Below are positions 60,530 through 64,000 of a stretch of DNA of 64,000 nucleotides, piece by piece. The position numbers were made by a program, and so were the translations under genes. The notes below the pieces were generated by a model. The model did no database searches and was not told the DNA's origin. It was given only the letters and a program-made list of their open reading frames with translations. Positions within the stretch are counted from its first letter, which is position 1. Every line of letters begins with the position of its first letter. Source of the stretch: an uncultured Actinomycetes bacterium (GTDB lineage Bacteria; Actinomycetota; Thermoleophilia; UBA2241); assembly GCA_963755025.1 (NCBI GenBank), contig CAVWIH010000011.1:87555-151554 (forward strand). The letters are read 5' to 3'.

Positions 60530-61758
60530 TAAGGCTCGCTTCGTGAGGCGTTGACGTCGAACTCTCCGAGTCGCTCCGCCGGCTCACAGTGGCACGCACG
60601 TTCCGCCCGCAGGGACAGCCTAGGCGACCGCGACCCGGTCTTACCGAGCTGCTTGGCGCGGTACAGGGCGTGATCGGCCGCCTCGACTAGGCTGTCGACC
60701 GTCTCTGCATGATCGTTCAGGCCGGCCACCCCGATGCTCACAGTGATGACCGGTGGGGTCTTTGCCGTGCCGAAGGTCTCGCTCTCCACCGTGCGTCGGA
60801 TGCGCTCGCCGACTGCGTGCGCCGCGGTGGGGCCGTCGTGCTCGCCGGCTTTGGGCTCCGAGGAAGGCAAGCGCACTGCGATCTCGCATTCGGCAGTCTC
60901 GACGATGGCCGCGCAGAGCCGCTCGCCGGCGCGCAGGCCGCCCGGCGCTGCGGTGCTCGGCAGGATGATGGCGAACTCCTCACCGCCGTAGCGGGCGACG
61001 ATGTCGACCTGGCGACGCGTCTGCGACAGCAGCACGCCCGCCAGGGCACGCAGCAGGTCATCGCCGCCGAGGTGACCGACGGCGTCGTTGTAGACCTTGA
61101 AATCGTCGATGTCGATCATCAGCAGCGAGAGCGGCAGCTGGTAGCGCCGCGCACGCTTCACCTCCTCGGCTAAGCGCTCGAAGAAGTGGCGGTGGTTGTA
61201 GAGGCCGGTGAGGCCGTCGGTGATGGCGAGCTGCTGGACGCGACTGTAGAGACGGGCGTTCTGGATGGCCACCGCCGCCAGGGCCGCCAGGGTGGAGGCG
61301 AGCTGCTCTTCGTCTGCTGTGAAGCGCCGCAGCCGGCGCTTCTCGATCAGCTCAAGGCAGCCGATCACCTCGTCTTTGAAGACCAGCGGCACCAGCAGAC
61401 AGCTTTGCTCGCCCCAGAACTCCATGCGGCTGCGGTCGGCTTGGGGCAGACCGGGGTCGTCGATGTGGTTGGCGAGCGTGCAGCGCTCGGTCAGCACGCG
61501 CCGAAAGCTGGGCTGCTCGGCGAGATCATGGCTCGAGCCCAGCCAGTCGCCCCCGGCTGGGTGTGGCTTTACGGTCCACATGGCTTGCGCCAGCGTGGCA
61601 TTCTCAGTCGGGCGGTACTCGTAGATGTCGCATTCCCACAGGTCGAGGACCTCGGCCGTGTGACGGGCCACGCTGGCCAGCACCTCGTCTAGGACAAGGC
61701 TGGAGGTGATGGCGGCAACGACCTCTGCGGTGACCGGGAATCGCTCTGCGGCTGACAT
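60529..61758 (-). CDS. GAF-GGDEF diguanylate cyclase
   Basis: GAF; TDGLTGLYN, DIDDFK, RQVD I-site, GGEEF, ADHALYRAK; true end probably near 60620 (one-base indel would give GKNRVAVA*). Confidence 0.93.
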   Translation of the reverse strand: MSAAERFPVTAEVVAAITSSLVLDEVLASVARHTAEVLDLWECDIYEYRPTENATLAQAMWTVKPHPAGGDWLGSSHDLAEQPSFRRVLTERCTLANHIDDPGLPQADRSRMEFWGEQSCLLVPLVFKDEVIGCLELIEKRRLRRFTADEEQLASTLAALAAVAIQNARLYSRVQQLAITDGLTGLYNHRHFFERLAEEVKRARRYQLPLSLLMIDIDDFKVYNDAVGHLGGDDLLRALAGVLLSQTRRQVDIVARYGGEEFAIILPSTAAPGGLRAGERLCAAIVETAECEIAVRLPSSEPKAGEHDGPTAAHAVGERIRRTVESETFGTAKTPPVITVSIGVAGLNDHAETVDSLVEAADHALYRAKQLGKTGSRSPRLSLRAERACHCEPAERLGEFDVNASRSEP

Positions 61759-61995
61759 CTTCCCTCCCCCCACGGTTCGCTGTCGCCAAGTCGCGGGCGC
61801 TGTCGCACTAGTCTTGTCGCTTTGCTATCGGATTCCTGCCGGGCGCACGATAGTGCGCATGGTGTGGTCGCCGCTCAGCAGAGTCCTGCACTTCCGGGGA
61901 CTTGGCGGTTCATGGAGACGACTGATCGCTTGGAGTGCCGATCGGTGAAGGGGTCGACGGCCTGCGTCACCTCTGCAACTCCGCGCGGGGTCGTC

Positions 61996-62787
61996 TCAGG
62001 CAGAAGCGAGAAGCAACTTCCGCGCCCCAAGAATATGCACGATGGTGGGCAGCTGGTCTGGCGCGACGGGTCGCGAGTAGCGGTTGCCCTGAGCTGCGGA
62101 GAAGCCCAGCTCGACGAGTCGCGTCGCCTGGGCGGGCCCGTCCACACCGCAGGCGATGGCCGTGATCTTGAACCTCCGGGCCAGTGCGGCAACGGCGGCG
62201 ACCAAGGTGGCGTCGGCGCTACCGGGACCGGCCACACCGGCGGTCAGCGACCTGTCGAGCTTCAGCGTCGCGGCCGGGAAGCGCTTCAGGTAAGCCAGCG
62301 ACGAATAGTCCATGCCGAAGTGGTCGATGGCGACGCCCACTCCCAAGAAGCGAAGCTTCGCCACGATCGCCGCCACGCGGCTTGGGTCTTCGATGGCCAG
62401 TGACTCGGGCAGCTGCAGACACAGCGATGATCCCGAGAGGCCGTTCCCCCCTAGGACGTCCGTGATGCGCGCGACCAGGTGCTCGTCGTAGAGCCGTGAT
62501 CGAGAGACGTTGATGAAGGCAGTGAGGGCCTTCGTCGCTGGAGATCCTCGCTGCCACTCGCCAAGCTGCTGCGTGGCCTCCTCAAGGACCCAGTCTGCGA
62601 TCTCGTCTGTGAGCGCGCAGCGCTCGGCTGCCGCGCTGAGCTCGCCATCGGAGATCACACCGCAGGTCGGATGCTCCCAGCACAGCGACACCTCGACGCC
62701 CACGGCCGGTCCTCGGGGGAGATGGACGATGGGCTGATAGAGCAGTTGCAGCTGGCCGTCGGCGAGCGCGCCGGGCAGAGCGCGCAC
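61996..62787 (-). CDS. Stand-alone degenerate EAL-domain protein
   Basis: YQPIV, EVSLC, IDHFG, LKLDRS, ACGVD, AQG. Confidence 0.8.
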   Translation of the reverse strand: MRALPGALADGQLQLLYQPIVHLPRGPAVGVEVSLCWEHPTCGVISDGELSAAAERCALTDEIADWVLEEATQQLGEWQRGSPATKALTAFINVSRSRLYDEHLVARITDVLGGNGLSGSSLCLQLPESLAIEDPSRVAAIVAKLRFLGVGVAIDHFGMDYSSLAYLKRFPAATLKLDRSLTAGVAGPGSADATLVAAVAALARRFKITAIACGVDGPAQATRLVELGFSAAQGNRYSRPVAPDQLPTIVHILGARKLLLASA

Positions 62788-62953
62788 GATCTCATCTTCT
62801 CTGAGGTGCTGCGCCGAGATAACCGTCCCCCCGGTCCGGTAGTCCGCGTGCCTTTAGGCGGTCAATAGGCACGATAGTCTCGTCTTTGTCGTAAGAAATC
62901 TTCGCACCCGGTTGGAGGACGGTCAACACGACTTGAGTCGACCTAGATGAGGG

Positions 62954-63033
62954 GCTCACTCTGCCGCCAGGGGGGTCGGGTAAGGGCCAGGGACTGGCGG
63001 GCGTATAGTTGGCGAACCAGTCGGGTCGTGCGA
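62954..63033 (+). promoter_or_regulatory. Repeat F copy 2, putative promoter of the downstream gene
   Basis: TATAGT about 70 bp upstream of ATG 63078. Confidence 0.6.
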
Positions 63034-63077
63034 GTCGCGCCGCCGGCTGCTCGGCACACGGATCCTGGGGGGTCGCC

Positions 63078-64000
63078 ATGAGGAAGGTCCTGCTCAGTCT
63101 CTCGCTCGGCATCCTGCTCACACTTGCCCTAGCGGGCACAGCTGCCGCCGATCCCTCCAGTCCCGCCGCCGTCAGGCTGGCCCCGGCAGGAAGTGCCGGC
63201 CCGGTGACCCTGCTTTCCGATGACTTCGAGTCCGGTCAGCACTGGGACGCTGGCTTTTCGGGCTGGAACATCGTCACCCCCGACGCCTCTTTCGATCCGC
63301 TACCCAGTCCCACGCATGCGGCTTACGCCGCGGAGTTCGACTCACCGATGCTTGTCTATGGCCCCTTCGACCTCAGCCACGCCACCGCAGCCACGCTCTC
63401 CTTCGAACTGTGGTACGACTCACCGAGCTTGGTGATCTCCCCGTACACGCAGTGCGGTGCCTTCCTGATCGGCTATTCCACGAACGGCTCCGACTTCGCC
63501 TTTCCCACGCAGTGGAGCGGCAGCACGGATCAGAGCTGGCAGCAGATGCAGGTCGACCTGAGCAGCGGGCACGACGAGACAAGTCAGAGCACGATCAGCC
63601 TGCTCGGCGACCCTCAGGTCTGGATCGCCCTCTCAAGCTCAGTCACCTCGCCGACCTGGGCGAATTCGACCGAGGGCTCCTACGTCGACGACCTCAGCCT
63701 GACCGCGACCATCCCCGACACGACTCCGCCGACGACCACCGTCTCCGGCTGTGACGCCAACTGGCACCGCACGCCGGTCACGCTGCACTTCAGCGCAACC
63801 GACAACGCCGGCGGCTCGGGGGTCGACTATACGCAGTACTCGACCGACGGGGGTCGTAACAACTGGACACAGGGCGATTCGGTGACAATCCCCGCCCCTG
63901 CCGATCACTTGGGCGATGGCGTCCACACGATCTCCTACAGGTCGGTCGACAACGCCGGGAACTGGGAGACCGCCAAGACCTGTCAAGTGAAGATCGATAC
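63078..64000 (+). CDS. Secreted protein with jelly-roll-like and Ig-like domains (runs off window)
   Basis: Signal peptide MRKVLLSL..AAA; SDDFESG, LSFELWY, YVDDL, DTTPPTT, YRSVDNAGN. Confidence 0.8.
   Translation, partial: MRKVLLSLSLGILLTLALAGTAAADPSSPAAVRLAPAGSAGPVTLLSDDFESGQHWDAGFSGWNIVTPDASFDPLPSPTHAAYAAEFDSPMLVYGPFDLSHATAATLSFELWYDSPSLVISPYTQCGAFLIGYSTNGSDFAFPTQWSGSTDQSWQQMQVDLSSGHDETSQSTISLLGDPQVWIALSSSVTSPTWANSTEGSYVDDLSLTATIPDTTPPTTTVSGCDANWHRTPVTLHFSATDNAGGSGVDYTQYSTDGGRNNWTQGDSVTIPAPADHLGDGVHTISYRSVDNAGNWETAKTCQVKID

Larger units (their letters stand above)
13400..64000. mobile_element. Composite genomic island (left boundary approximate, right end beyond window)
   Basis: Integrase, two tRNA 3' fragments, phage packaging genes, IS elements, gene fragments, dispersed repeats, looser codon bias than core genes. 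Confidence 0.75.

Overview
High-GC actinobacterial DNA; a Thermoleophilia-like host is my inference from gene content. Positions 1-13.4 kb are core-like: FHA proteins, a Ser/Thr kinase, tRNA-Leu(CAG), pheA, mntR-mntH, an L,D-transpeptidase and serS. From about 13.4 kb to the window end is a mosaic genomic island. It contains a tyrosine integrase with a zinc ribbon inserted in its arm-binding domain, a tRNA-Phe 3' att fragment, a methylase/TerS-like/TerL module with no head genes, a non-pyrrolysine MttB/corrinoid/APC-permease cluster, cell-surface proteins, IS481/IS982/IS3 elements and many small or truncated genes. The most unusual signal is a family of same-orientation, non-coding repeats. 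The master copy at 32747-33110 has an X box with a TGCAACC-N4-TGCAACC-type dyad, a long palindrome Y and a segment Z. Ten full or partial copies, in addition to the master, lie between 31.7 and 60.2 kb, bracket 1-4-gene cargo units and sometimes cut genes. The same dyad flanks an orphan tRNA-Glu 3' half on both sides (attP-like, 43.2-43.55 kb). Together this suggests an undescribed cassette-accretion or shuffling platform, though that is a hypothesis. Many ORFs carry single-base frameshifts that probably include sequencing or assembly indels.
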